From NCBI GenBank assembly GCA_024239055.1, contig JANBVJ010000001.1, forward strand, positions 1,277 to 65,276: DNA of 64,000 bases, in the 5' to 3' direction. The position numbers and the translations under genes are program-made. This stretch comes from Patescibacteria group bacterium. GTDB lineage: Bacteria > Patescibacteriota > Minisyncoccia > Minisyncoccales > UBA10102. The notes under the pieces were generated by a model, which made no database searches, was not told the origin of the DNA, and was given only the letters and a program-made list of their open reading frames with translations. Below are positions 46,972-56,282 of this stretch, in pieces; the first letter of the stretch is position 1; the number at the start of each line of letters is the position of its first letter.

Positions 46972-47337
46972 ATGAAAAATTTAATTGTAGGACTTGTTAT
47001 TGTAGGAGTTATTGGAGGAATTGGCTTTTTAATATATCAGAATAATTCACTTCCCGGAGAGCACGATGAACTGGCTCAGTGTTTGAGTGATAATGGAGTA
47101 AAGATGTTTGGAGCATACTGGTGTCCTGCCTGTAAACAGCAGATAAGAGAATTTTCAAAGAGTTTTAAGTATGTGGATTATGTAGAATGTTCTTTGCCGA
47201 ACCGCGGAGGGCAGACTGCAAATTGTGAAGAACAAGAGATTACTTCTTATCCTACATGGGAGTTTTCAGATGGAGAAAGAGTATTAGGAGTACTTTCTTT
47301 AGGCAAGTTGGCTGAGAAAGCAGGGTGTAAGTTCTAA
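46972..47337 (+). CDS. Membrane-anchored thioredoxin-fold protein (VKOR-associated Trx-like type)
   Basis: 121-aa ORF with an N-terminal TM helix, the FGAYWCPACKQQ redox motif, and later YVEC...C...ITSYPTW, as in the Trx-like domains fused to bacterial VKOR. Confidence 0.7.
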   Translation: MKNLIVGLVIVGVIGGIGFLIYQNNSLPGEHDELAQCLSDNGVKMFGAYWCPACKQQIREFSKSFKYVDYVECSLPNRGGQTANCEEQEITSYPTWEFSDGERVLGVLSLGKLAEKAGCKF

Positions 47338-47341
47338 TCTT

Positions 47342-48154
47342 ATGTATCTTTTATTTGATATTGGGGGGACTAAGACTCGCATTGCACTTTCCAAAGACGG
47401 CAAGAAGTTTGAAGAGCCTGTAATTTTTAAAACCCCTCAGAAGTTTAAACAGGGGATTTCTGTTTTTCAAAAGACTGCAAAAGAACTGACAAAAGGAGAG
47501 AAGATTGTAAAAGCTGCCGGTGCTATTTCAGGTCCTCTTAATAAGGAGCATTCAATGGTAATAAATGCTTCTAATCTGAAAGATTGGAATAATAAACCAT
47601 TGCAAAAGGAGTTGGAGAAGATTTTATCTACTCCTGTGGTTATTGAGAATGATGCCTCACTAGTTGGATTGGGAGAGGCGGTATACGGAGCAGGAAAGGG
47701 ATATGATATTGTAGCCTATATTACAGTAAGTACCGGAGTTGGAGGTGCACGTATTGTGAATAAAAAAATAGATGCCTCTTCTATGGGTTTTGAGCCAGGG
47801 CATCAGATTATTAATATTGGGGAAGAGGGATTTAAGGATTTAGAATCATATATTTCGGGAGCTGATATAAAGGCAAAATATGGAATGGAGCCTTATGAGA
47901 TTGAAAACGAAGCCGTGTTTGAGGAGTTAGCTGAGGTTTTGGCCTATGGTTTGAATAATACTATTGTGCACTGGTCTCCAGATATTGTGGTACTTGGAGG
48001 TCCAATGATTACGGGTGATCCTGCTATTCCTTTTAAGAGTATTCAAAAGCACGTATCTAATATTCTTAAGATATTTCCTACGCCTCCTGTGATAAAGAAG
48101 GCTGAGCTTGATAGTACAGGTGGATTATATGGAGCTCTTGTACTTTTGAAATGA
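47342..48154 (+). CDS. ROK family sugar kinase
   Basis: 270-aa ORF with the LFDIGGTKTRIAL ATP-binding N-terminus and ENDASLVGLGE. It lacks the zinc CxCGxxGC motif of classical ROK kinases. Confidence 0.75.
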   Translation: MYLLFDIGGTKTRIALSKDGKKFEEPVIFKTPQKFKQGISVFQKTAKELTKGEKIVKAAGAISGPLNKEHSMVINASNLKDWNNKPLQKELEKILSTPVVIENDASLVGLGEAVYGAGKGYDIVAYITVSTGVGGARIVNKKIDASSMGFEPGHQIINIGEEGFKDLESYISGADIKAKYGMEPYEIENEAVFEELAEVLAYGLNNTIVHWSPDIVVLGGPMITGDPAIPFKSIQKHVSNILKIFPTPPVIKKAELDSTGGLYGALVLLK

Positions 48155-48187
48155 GAAAAGAGGCGTTGTTGTAAAACGAACGCCTCT

Positions 48188-48361
48188 TTAGGATGTTTTT
48201 ACTGGTGCTTTGGATTTTGCAACTATTTTTTCAAACATCTCTTTTGAGGGATATTTGTTAAAACCGCACTGTAGACATTGAAGCAAGAACATTCTGTATT
48301 CGTCATCATCCGCATGTATGTCACCAGTATTACATCTGGGACATGATTTAAAATAGATCAT
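48188..48361 (-). CDS. Small zinc-ribbon protein (57 aa, below the ORF-track cutoff)
   Basis: My own translation is MIYFKSCPRCNTGDIHADDDEYRMFLLQCLQCGFNKYPSKEMFEKIVAKSKAPVKTS, with CPRC...CLQC. A strong GGGAGGTG lies 4 nt before the ATG. Its 3' end reaches a bidirectional hairpin shared with the ROK gene. Confidence 0.55.
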   Translation of the reverse strand: MIYFKSCPRCNTGDIHADDDEYRMFLLQCLQCGFNKYPSKEMFEKIVAKSKAPVKTS

Positions 48362-48401
48362 TGTTCACCTCCCAGTGTTGACTGTATTCTATTTATGATA
48401 T

Positions 48402-49064
48402 CTATTTGATTTTGTCAATCTTATATTTATTAGAAAGGTCTTGTAGGGTGATACTGTCTGAGAGCAGATATTCTCCAACGCGTGTTCTTGTTAGCTCTTT
48501 AAGATAGGCGCCCGTTCCTAGCTTTTTTCCAATATCTTGAGCTAGTACTCTTATATATGTTCCAGCAGAACATGTGATTCTGAGTTTAATAAAAGGAGGT
48601 TGAAACTCAACAATTGTGATATCTGATATTACTATATCACGGGGGGAGAGCGTGAATTCCTCTCCTCTTCTTTTTCGCTTGTATGCAGGAGTTCCTTTTA
48701 CCTTAATAGCTGAGTAGAGAGGAGGAGTCTGCTGTATTGTTCCTGTAAATTCTTTGAGTACTTGTAAAAGTTCTTCTTTTGTAATGTCCCTTAATTTTCC
48801 TGTATCTGTTATCTTTCCTTCTGGGTCTCCTGTATCACTCTCTTTGCCTAACTCTATTGTTGCCTCATATTCTTTCTCGCTATCTTGTGATAGCGCACCC
48901 AAAAGCTTTGTTGTTTCTCTTGTGACTCCAACAACAAGTACGCCAGTTGCAAAGGGATCCAGTGTTCCTGCGTGGCCTACTCGTTTCTCACCTGTGATTC
49001 TCCTTACCTCATCCACCACGTCGTGAGAGGTTATTCCTTTTGGTTTGTTTATATTCAATAACAT
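48402..49064 (-). CDS. truB: tRNA pseudouridine(55) synthase
   Basis: The start is MLLNINKPKGITSHDVV, with the catalytic HAGTLDPFATGVL. The track ORF extends 96 codons further upstream (to 49352), antisense to the neighbouring gene. Confidence 0.9.
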   Translation of the reverse strand: MLLNINKPKGITSHDVVDEVRRITGEKRVGHAGTLDPFATGVLVVGVTRETTKLLGALSQDSEKEYEATIELGKESDTGDPEGKITDTGKLRDITKEELLQVLKEFTGTIQQTPPLYSAIKVKGTPAYKRKRRGEEFTLSPRDIVISDITIVEFQPPFIKLRITCSAGTYIRVLAQDIGKKLGTGAYLKELTRTRVGEYLLSDSITLQDLSNKYKIDKIK

Positions 49065-49119
49065 GACTGCATTGTACTCCTTATGGCATGAATGCAGTAG
49101 TTCAGCTACAATAAGATAT

Positions 49120-50742
49120 ATGGAATTATCTTCCCAACTTATTAAAGGAGAGGTAAAAGATGACAGCGAAACTTTAGAGAAATATAGTCGTGACGCAAGT
49201 TTGTTTAAAATTAGACCACGCGTAGTTACGTTTCCAGAGGACACAGAGGACATTGAGCGCCTTGTTTCTTTTGTTAAAGGACACGAGGGGATGTCTTTGA
49301 CTGTGAGAGCTGGTGGAAGCGGCATGACAGGTGGTTCTTTATCTGAGTCCATTATTGTTGATGTTAATCGTCACTTAAACAAGCTCCGTGAGATTGGAGA
49401 CGGATATGCTAGTGTACAACCTGGCATGTGGTACCGAGACTTTGAAAGGGAAGTGGCAAAACGTGATTTGCTCTTGCCTTCTTTTCCCGCCTCAAAAGAG
49501 ATTTGCACGGTTGGGGGCATGGTTGCAAACAATTCTGGAGGAGAGAGAAGCTTAGTCTTTGGCAAGACCGAAAAGTACATTGAAGAATTAAAAGTGGTAT
49601 TAGATGACGGACACGAGTATACATTTGGTCCCTTAAACAAGAAAGAGTTAACAGATAAGTTGGAGCTTCAGACGAGAGAGGGAGAGGTATACCGAGGGAT
49701 ATATAAGATTGTTGAGGAGAACTATGATATTTTACAGGAGGCTAAACCTAAGGTTTCCAAAAACTCAGCAGGATATTATTTGTGGAATGTATGGAATAGA
49801 ACAACATTTGACTTAACTCAGTTGTTTGTAGGTTCTCAAGGAACCTTGGGTATAATAACAGATATTCGTTTTCGTCTTATTCGTCCAAAGAAACACGAGC
49901 GTCTTTTAATCATATTCTTGCGGGATATAAAGCCCTTGGCTCAGATTGTCAGGGAGGTTTTGCGATTTAAGCCCGAAACCTTTGAATCATATGACAAGAG
50001 TACTATGATGATGGCTTTGCGCTATCTCCCTGATTTTATAAAGTTATTAAAGGCAAATATTATAGCTTTGGCATGGCAGTTTCTGCCTGAGATTAAAATG
50101 TTTGTTACTGGGGGTATGCCAAGTATGATTCTTTTAGCTGAGTTTACTGGAGATTCAGAAGAAGAAGCAACTTTGAAGGCAGAGCAGGCACAGACGGCTC
50201 TAAAGAAGTTTTCTATAAAGACAAGGGTGGCCGCATCCGACAAGGAAGAACACAAGTACGTGACTATTCGGCGTGAGAGTTATAATCTTCTGCGAAACCA
50301 CATTTCAGACAAGAGAACTGCTCCCTTTATTGACGACATAGTGGTAAAACCAGATGCTCTGCCTGAATTTCTTCCACGTTTGTATGATATCTTAGATGAT
50401 TATAAAAAATATATGATAGTGACGGTTGCAGGACACGTTGGAGACGGCAACTTTCATATCATTCCATTGATGGATTTAAGAAAGGAAGAATCCAGAAGGA
50501 TTATCCCAGAGCTTATTGAAAAGGTGAACCGCTTAGTACTTGAGTTTAAGGGTTCGCTGACGGGTGAGCATAATGATGGCTTAATACGCACCCCTTATTT
50601 AAAAGACATGTATGGAAACAGGGTGTATCAACTGTTTGAGGAGACAAAGCGTGTCTTTGATCCAAGTAATATGTTTAATCCTGGAAAGAAGGTTGGAGGG
50701 TCTATTGATTACGCAATGGAGCACATTGCTAAAACCAATTAA
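49120..50742 (+). CDS. FAD-binding oxidoreductase (GlcD / D-lactate dehydrogenase-like, FAD_binding_4)
   Basis: The start is MELSSQLIKGEV...YSRDASLF. The FAD-binding part reads VRAGGSGMTGGS...TVGGMVANNSGG, and the C-terminal part GHVGDGNFH...SLTGEHNDG. The start could be earlier (49045 or 49063). Confidence 0.85.
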   Translation: MELSSQLIKGEVKDDSETLEKYSRDASLFKIRPRVVTFPEDTEDIERLVSFVKGHEGMSLTVRAGGSGMTGGSLSESIIVDVNRHLNKLREIGDGYASVQPGMWYRDFEREVAKRDLLLPSFPASKEICTVGGMVANNSGGERSLVFGKTEKYIEELKVVLDDGHEYTFGPLNKKELTDKLELQTREGEVYRGIYKIVEENYDILQEAKPKVSKNSAGYYLWNVWNRTTFDLTQLFVGSQGTLGIITDIRFRLIRPKKHERLLIIFLRDIKPLAQIVREVLRFKPETFESYDKSTMMMALRYLPDFIKLLKANIIALAWQFLPEIKMFVTGGMPSMILLAEFTGDSEEEATLKAEQAQTALKKFSIKTRVAASDKEEHKYVTIRRESYNLLRNHISDKRTAPFIDDIVVKPDALPEFLPRLYDILDDYKKYMIVTVAGHVGDGNFHIIPLMDLRKEESRRIIPELIEKVNRLVLEFKGSLTGEHNDGLIRTPYLKDMYGNRVYQLFEETKRVFDPSNMFNPGKKVGGSIDYAMEHIAKTN

Positions 50743-50753
50743 GTTTTCCACAA

Positions 50754-50782
50754 TTGACAAGAAACAAAGTCTCCATAATAAT
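50754..50782 (+). promoter_or_regulatory. Promoter of the riboswitch-controlled operon
   Basis: TTGACA (50754-50759), 17 nt, AATAAT (50777-50782). Confidence 0.55.
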
Positions 50783-50785
50783 GGT

Positions 50786-50930
50786 TACACAAGGTCTTTA
50801 AAACTATTGTTGTTCTGGGGAAGGAGATGTGAGTTCTCCACTACCCCGTAACGGTGATGATGCTTTTGGCATCTTAGTCCGGATACCAGGCAACAGATTA
50901 AAAACATTTAAGTAACAATCCTTCGAGGGA
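50786..50930 (+). promoter_or_regulatory. Cobalamin riboswitch (ends approximate)
   Basis: The conserved core is CTGGGGAAGGAGATGTGAGTTCTCCACTACCCCGTAACGGTGA (50815-50857), matching the GGGAA...GUGA..CC...CCCCGxAACxGU pattern. A B12-box-like AGTCCGGATACCAGGC lies at 50876-50891. The 5' TGTTG and 3' CAACA can pair as P1. It ends at the GGGAGGGG RBS of the next gene. Confidence 0.75.
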
Positions 50931-50936
50931 GGGGAT

Positions 50937-51422
50937 ATGTGGCTTTCTGCAATTCTGCGGTATTTTGGCAGAAGTGCGGCAACCCTCTCAATTCCCTTGG
51001 GAGTTTTTCTTTATATGATTATACGTATTTTTGGTTTAGTTTTACTAGTTCTTTTTGCAGGGGCTGTACTTTTGATTTCTGGGCAGATTGGTCAAACTGA
51101 TAGGACATTGGAGAATGTCCTAGGGACAGACATTGCAGTGATCCTTGAGACAGAAGAAACAAGATATGAGGTTACCATACCTCAAGGGAGCTCGGTGTTT
51201 GATGTGATGCAGACGGCACAAGACCAGGGTTTTACGTTTGCAGGGAGAGAGTTTTCAGGTCTTGGGTTTTTTGTAGAGGAGATAGAAGGTAAGCGTCAGA
51301 ATCCAAAAGAGCGAATGTATTGGATTTACTATGTGAATGGCAAGAAGGCTCAAGTCGGAGTTTCCTTATATATTATTGAAGATAATAACGTAATTACATT
51401 TAAGTATGAAGAAATGGAATAA
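50937..51422 (+). CDS. Membrane-anchored DUF4430 (transcobalamin-like C-terminal domain) protein
   Basis: 161-aa ORF with an N-terminal TM segment. The DUF4430 signature reads SVFDVMQTA...GFFVEEIEGKRQNPKERMYWIYYVNGKKAQVGVSLYIIEDNNVITFKY. Confidence 0.75.
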   Translation: MWLSAILRYFGRSAATLSIPLGVFLYMIIRIFGLVLLVLFAGAVLLISGQIGQTDRTLENVLGTDIAVILETEETRYEVTIPQGSSVFDVMQTAQDQGFTFAGREFSGLGFFVEEIEGKRQNPKERMYWIYYVNGKKAQVGVSLYIIEDNNVITFKYEEME

Positions 51423-53400
51423 TGGTGTGAAGATAGGGGGGTTAATTATTATTGGGCTTTTGTTCTGGGGGACGGCTCACGCAGATGTTACATTCTCAAT
51501 AAGGTATGAGGATAATTTGTTCATTGATGCGGTCACGGTTGCATTGCCAGTAGGGGATACTGTATTTTCAGCAGTAGACAGCAGTACTGGTGATCCTGTT
51601 GACGTTACTATATCAGCAGACACTGTCTTGGGAGTATTGAGTGCGATTGACGATACAGATGATGGATTTTCTATATCAATTCCTCTTATCTACTATTCAT
51701 CATTTGATTCTCTCTTTGTGGAGTGTATTGAGGTTGATGGGGTTAATGCCTGCAATAACTGGCTGTATGTAGTAAATGGAGTAGCTCCTGATGTAGGAAT
51801 GGATAAAACAACTCTTGCGGATGGAGATGTCATATTTGTCTATTTTGGCCCTTCTCGTAGAGTAGTTCTTTCCCGGTCAACCGTAATCGTAGGAGGGTCG
51901 TTTGAGGCAACAGCTCAAGATTACCAATATGAGGATAACACATGGGATTCTTTGGCGGGTGTTACTATTGGCGTGACGCAGCCAGATCCGGATAATCCAT
52001 GGTCTCCAATTGAGATTGTGCTTCAGGCTGTGGATGAAGAAGGAGTAGCTACCTTTAAGATTTCAAATGCAGGATCATATAACGTAGGAATTCGAGATGA
52101 GTGGGGAGGTTATTTCCCAACAGTTTCACTTACGATTCAGGCACAAGGTGGAGGGGTTGCGCCTTCGCATAATACATTGAATGTAGAAAAAGCAATTGAT
52201 TTTCTCTCTCTGTATCAACAAGAGAATGGCTCTATGAATGATTCTGCACTCTTGAGCGACTGGACAGCTCTGGCATTTGGGGCGTACGAGGGTGTAAATT
52301 TCAGCAGGGAGGAGTTAAAGAACTATCTTCTTTCTGATCCAAGTCCGGGAAGCAGGATCACTGATTACGAAAGGAGGGCTATGGCTTTACTAGCACTTGA
52401 TATTAATCCGTATTCTGGAACTGATACCAATTATATTGCAAAGATACTTGATTCCTTTGACGGAGAACAGTTTGGAAATCCTGAGTTTGTGAACGATGAT
52501 ATCTTTGCCCTCTTTGTTTTACTGCGGTCTGGGTATACAGATACAGATCCAGTTATTCAGAGTACTGTTTCCTCAATAGTTGCCTCACAATGGCAAGACG
52601 GTTCATGGGATAGCGTGGACATGACGGCAGCCGCAGTTCAGGCATTATCTCTTACTCCTTTAAATGAAGGTGTTTCATTTGCGTTGTATCAGGCCAAGAA
52701 TTACTTAAAGCAGGCGCAGGAGGAAACTGGAGGGTTTGGAAACGTCTATTCTACTTCTTGGGTGCTGCAAGCGCTGCACGTGCTTGAACAGGATGAGATC
52801 TGGTGGCAGAAGGGCAACCATACGCCTGGAGATTATCTGTATTCAATGCAGGCAGAAGACGGAGGGATGAATGAATTGGATACTCTTAGTAATCGCATCT
52901 GGGCTACAGCGTATGCTGTTCCCGCATCCATGGAAAAGACATGGGGAGATATACTCTTTAGCTTTGGAAAGCCCGTGAACACAGAAGAGGTATTGGTATT
53001 GTCTGAAGAAATAGAGGAGCCTTCTATGTCATTTGACGAAAAGCAGGTTATTCTTTTGGGGATTAAGTCAGAGTTAGACGTGATTTCCCAAAAGGTTGCT
53101 GTTTTGGAGCAAGAGGTTCAGCTTTTATTGGATGCTTATTCACCTAGATACTTAGCTGAGGTAGAAGAGGTAGTTATTGCTCAAGAACCCAAAGAAGAGG
53201 AAGAAATACTTTTGGCTGGAGTTACTATACTGCCAGAATCCGATATCTTTACAGCTTCTGCTGTTCAAAGTACTAGAGGCTTGTTATTATCTCAGATTTT
53301 CATTTGGGGTATTCGTATAGTACTGGTAGCGTTCTTTTTATACCTGGTCTTTTTGTTGGGCAGGGCGGTTGCTGCAAGGCGTAGTCTGCTGCAACAATAG
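51406..53400 (+). CDS. Secreted, C-terminally anchored protein: DUF4430 domain, Ig-like domain and prenyltransferase/terpene-cyclase-like alpha/alpha toroid
   Basis: 664-aa ORF with a signal peptide (LLFWGTAHADV) and a DUF4430 domain (...CNNWLYVVNGVAPDVGMDKTTLADGDVIFVYF). QW-like repeats (QQENGSM, SQWQDGSWD, QEETGGFG, MQAEDGGM) are typical of the alpha/alpha toroid. It also has a coiled-coil segment and a terminal TM helix. Confidence 0.7.
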   Translation: MKKWNNGVKIGGLIIIGLLFWGTAHADVTFSIRYEDNLFIDAVTVALPVGDTVFSAVDSSTGDPVDVTISADTVLGVLSAIDDTDDGFSISIPLIYYSSFDSLFVECIEVDGVNACNNWLYVVNGVAPDVGMDKTTLADGDVIFVYFGPSRRVVLSRSTVIVGGSFEATAQDYQYEDNTWDSLAGVTIGVTQPDPDNPWSPIEIVLQAVDEEGVATFKISNAGSYNVGIRDEWGGYFPTVSLTIQAQGGGVAPSHNTLNVEKAIDFLSLYQQENGSMNDSALLSDWTALAFGAYEGVNFSREELKNYLLSDPSPGSRITDYERRAMALLALDINPYSGTDTNYIAKILDSFDGEQFGNPEFVNDDIFALFVLLRSGYTDTDPVIQSTVSSIVASQWQDGSWDSVDMTAAAVQALSLTPLNEGVSFALYQAKNYLKQAQEETGGFGNVYSTSWVLQALHVLEQDEIWWQKGNHTPGDYLYSMQAEDGGMNELDTLSNRIWATAYAVPASMEKTWGDILFSFGKPVNTEEVLVLSEEIEEPSMSFDEKQVILLGIKSELDVISQKVAVLEQEVQLLLDAYSPRYLAEVEEVVIAQEPKEEEEILLAGVTILPESDIFTASAVQSTRGLLLSQIFIWGIRIVLVAFFLYLVFLLGRAVAARRSLLQQ

Positions 53401-53421
53401 TTTTCGTGGTATACTAAAGTT

Positions 53422-53874
53422 ATGATTTATCTTGGAGCTGCCCATGCAGGGTTCTCTTTAAAAGAAGAGATACAGAAGCATTTGGAGAGTTTAGGAATGG
53501 AAGTGGAGAATATGGGAGTCGCTTCCTTCAATAAGGATGATGATTATCCTGATATTGTTTTTTCAGTGGCGAAAAAGGTTGCAGAGTCGCCAGAGGAGAA
53601 TAAAGGGATTGTCCTAGGACGTTCAGGGCAGGGTGAAGCTATTGCGGCAAATAAAGTTAAAGGAGTAAGAGCTGTGGTGTACTACGGAGGGGATATGGAG
53701 ATTGTGGAGTTGAGCCGTGAGCACAATAATGCAAATGTGCTTTCAATTGGAGCTGGCTTTGTAAGTGTTGAGGAGGCAAAGGAGGCGGTTACCTTATGGC
53801 TTGAGACGGCATTTGGTGGTAATAGACACGAGAGGAGAGTGAAGAAGATTTCAGATTTTGAGCAGTCTCAATGA
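53422..53874 (+). CDS. rpiB: Ribose-5-phosphate isomerase B (RpiB/LacA/LacB family)
   Basis: 150-aa ORF with GAAHAGFSLKEEI..., G(R)SGQGEAIAANK and NNANVLSIGA blocks. Confidence 0.88.
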   Translation: MIYLGAAHAGFSLKEEIQKHLESLGMEVENMGVASFNKDDDYPDIVFSVAKKVAESPEENKGIVLGRSGQGEAIAANKVKGVRAVVYYGGDMEIVELSREHNNANVLSIGAGFVSVEEAKEAVTLWLETAFGGNRHERRVKKISDFEQSQ

Positions 53875-54494
53875 AAACAATTCTTCCTGGCATCTTAACT
53901 GCCGATATTGAAGAGGCAAAAAAACATATGGAGTCTGTAGGCAATCTTACAGATTATTTTCATGTTGATATTGCAGACGGCAAGTTCGTGAATAATACTA
54001 CTTTTGCGGTTGGAGAGCTGGCCGGTTTAGGGAAGTTTGAGATTCATTTATTAGCTGAGAATCCTGAAGAGTACTTTGAAGACTGCAAAGCCGCGCAAGC
54101 ACAGCGTGTTATCTTTCATATAGAGAGTACGGAGAATGTGAGGAGAGTTCTGGAAGCTGCCGAAGAATATCCTTTTGAGATTGGCATTGCCATAAATCCC
54201 GATACCGAAGTTTCATCCATTGTGCCTTTCAAGGAAGATATTGACAGCGTTATGGTTATGTTAGTATACCCCGGCTTTCAGGGTCAGGCGTTTATAGAAG
54301 AGGCGTTAACTAAAGTTCAGCAGATAAAGGAACTGGCTTCAGGCATGACAGTTGGCGTGGATGGAGGGGTAAATGAAGACACATTGCCAGCTGTTATTAA
54401 GTCAGGGGCTGACTATGCAATAGTAGGGAGCGGAGTTTTTGCACAAAAGAACCCTGGGGCCGCTTTAACGAAATTCAAGGCAATGATACACTAG
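53871..54494 (+). CDS. rpe: Ribulose-phosphate 3-epimerase
   Basis: 207-aa TIM-barrel ORF with HVDIADGKFV, HLL, PGFQGQAF and VDGGV motifs. Its start overlaps the rpiB stop. Confidence 0.82.
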   Translation: MKTILPGILTADIEEAKKHMESVGNLTDYFHVDIADGKFVNNTTFAVGELAGLGKFEIHLLAENPEEYFEDCKAAQAQRVIFHIESTENVRRVLEAAEEYPFEIGIAINPDTEVSSIVPFKEDIDSVMVMLVYPGFQGQAFIEEALTKVQQIKELASGMTVGVDGGVNEDTLPAVIKSGADYAIVGSGVFAQKNPGAALTKFKAMIH

Positions 54495-54500
54495 TTAAAT

Positions 54501-55316
54501 ATGACAATTCTTGAACTTGAAAAGAAAGCAAATACAATACGCCAGCAAGTTATTATAATGCTTCAGAAAGCAGGGTCTGGACATTCAGCGGGTCCCCTTG
54601 GTATGGCAGATGTATTTGCTGCTCTGTATTTTTCTATATTAAAACATAATCCAAAGAAACCTGAGTGGGCAGAGCGCGACAGACTGATTCTCTCGAACGG
54701 ACATATTTGTCCTGTGAGATATGCTGCAATGGCGGAAGCGGGTTACTTTCCTAAAAAAGAGCTTGCAACTCTGCGTCAGTTTGGCTCGCGACTGCAAGGA
54801 CACCCAGAGCGTTTAAAACTTCCTGGAATTGAAACTACATCAGGTCCCTTGGGTTCTGGACTTTCGCAAGCCGCCGGGATGGCTTTGGTTGGAAAGATGG
54901 ATAAGAAGTCTTGGCGTGTATATTGCGTAATGTCGGATGGCGAGCAGAATGCAGGGCAGACATGGGAGGCAGTTTTGTTTGCTGCCAAAAACAAGTTAGA
55001 TAACCTTGTTGCTATTATTGATAGAAACAATATTCAGATTGACGGCTATACTGAAGACGTGATGCCTCTAAATCCCTTAGGAGAGAAGTACGAGGCCTTT
55101 AACTGGAATGTACTTGAGATTGACGGACACAATATAGAGGAGATTATTGACGCGTGCAGTCATGCGAAAGCCGTACAGAAACAACCTACCCTTATTATTG
55201 CCAATACCATTGCAGGTAAGGGAGTGAGCTTTATGGAGAATAAGTATGAGTGGCATGGAAAGCCGCCTAATAAAGAGGAGGCAAAACAAGCTTTGAAAGA
55301 ATTAAAAGCACAATGA
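54501..55316 (+). CDS. tkt: Transketolase, N-terminal (TPP-binding) subunit
   Basis: 271-aa ORF with GSGHSAGPLGMAD, LSNGH, GPLGSGLSQAAGMA and SDGEQNAGQTWEA. This is the split-gene form. Confidence 0.92.
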   Translation: MTILELEKKANTIRQQVIIMLQKAGSGHSAGPLGMADVFAALYFSILKHNPKKPEWAERDRLILSNGHICPVRYAAMAEAGYFPKKELATLRQFGSRLQGHPERLKLPGIETTSGPLGSGLSQAAGMALVGKMDKKSWRVYCVMSDGEQNAGQTWEAVLFAAKNKLDNLVAIIDRNNIQIDGYTEDVMPLNPLGEKYEAFNWNVLEIDGHNIEEIIDACSHAKAVQKQPTLIIANTIAGKGVSFMENKYEWHGKPPNKEEAKQALKELKAQ

Positions 55317-56281
55317 GAAAAGAAGCGTACTTACATTCAAAGGTGTTGAGTAAACCAGAAATGGTACCCACAAGAAACGGGTATGGAGAAGGTTTGCTTG
55401 AGGCAGGGAAGAAAGATAAGGACGTTGTTGTTCTTTGTGCTGACTTATCTGAGTCAACTCGTTCTAACTATTTTCAAGAGAAGTTTCCAGAGAGGTTTGT
55501 CGAGGTTGGAGTGGCAGAACAGAATATGGCTTCTCTGGCTTCGGGTATGGCTTTGGCGGGAAAGACCGTGTTCATTTCTTCTTATGCTGTATTCTCACCG
55601 GGGAGGAATAACGAGCAGATACGAACAACTATTGCCATAAATGATGTGAATGTAAAGATTGTAGGAGCACATGCAGGGGTCTCAGTAGGTCCTGATGGAG
55701 CCACACATCAGGCTTTAGAAGATATAGCTTTAATGCGTGTGATGCCTAACATGAAGGTTTTGTATCCATGTGACGCAGAGGAGGCGAGAAAGACGACGGT
55801 AGCAGCCGCCTCAATAAAGGGACCTGTATATATTCGCCTGGCACGAGCAGAAACTCCTGTTATTACAACAAAAAAGACTCCGTTTCGCATTGGGCGGGCT
55901 GAGGTGTTTGCCGAAGGCAAAGATGTGACCATTATAGCTTCAGGCCCTTTGGTCTATGAGGCCTTGAAAGCGGCTAATGGCATGAGTAATTCTATTGAGG
56001 TTATTAATCTTCATACGATAAAGCCTTTGGATGAAAAGACTATATTAAGGTCAGTTAAGAAGACCGGGTGCGTGGTAACCATAGAGGAGCACCAGAAGGC
56101 GGGAGGTATGGGAAGTGCAGTGGCAGAGATGCTCGCGCAGAATTATCCTGTGGCTGTTGAGATGATTGGGGTTTCAGATAGATTCGGGGAGTCTGGAAAT
56201 CCAGAGGAGTTGTTGCAGGCATTTAAACTAACAGCTAAAGATATTACAAAGGCAGTGCAGAGAGTAATAAAAAGAAAATAG
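55313..56281 (+). CDS. tkt: Transketolase, C-terminal (pyrimidine-binding) subunit
   Basis: 322-aa ORF with FVEVGVAEQNM, GPDGATHQALEDIALMR and a C-terminal domain. It overlaps the N-subunit gene by 4 nt. Confidence 0.92.
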   Translation: MRKEAYLHSKVLSKPEMVPTRNGYGEGLLEAGKKDKDVVVLCADLSESTRSNYFQEKFPERFVEVGVAEQNMASLASGMALAGKTVFISSYAVFSPGRNNEQIRTTIAINDVNVKIVGAHAGVSVGPDGATHQALEDIALMRVMPNMKVLYPCDAEEARKTTVAAASIKGPVYIRLARAETPVITTKKTPFRIGRAEVFAEGKDVTIIASGPLVYEALKAANGMSNSIEVINLHTIKPLDEKTILRSVKKTGCVVTIEEHQKAGGMGSAVAEMLAQNYPVAVEMIGVSDRFGESGNPEELLQAFKLTAKDITKAVQRVIKRK

Positions 56282-56282
56282 T

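Noticed and set aside
49065-49352. N-terminal 96-codon extension of truB in the ORF track
   Set aside because: TruB proteins begin close to the xxNxxKPxGxTSH motif, here at M97 (49064). The extension is antisense to the FAD-oxidoreductase gene.
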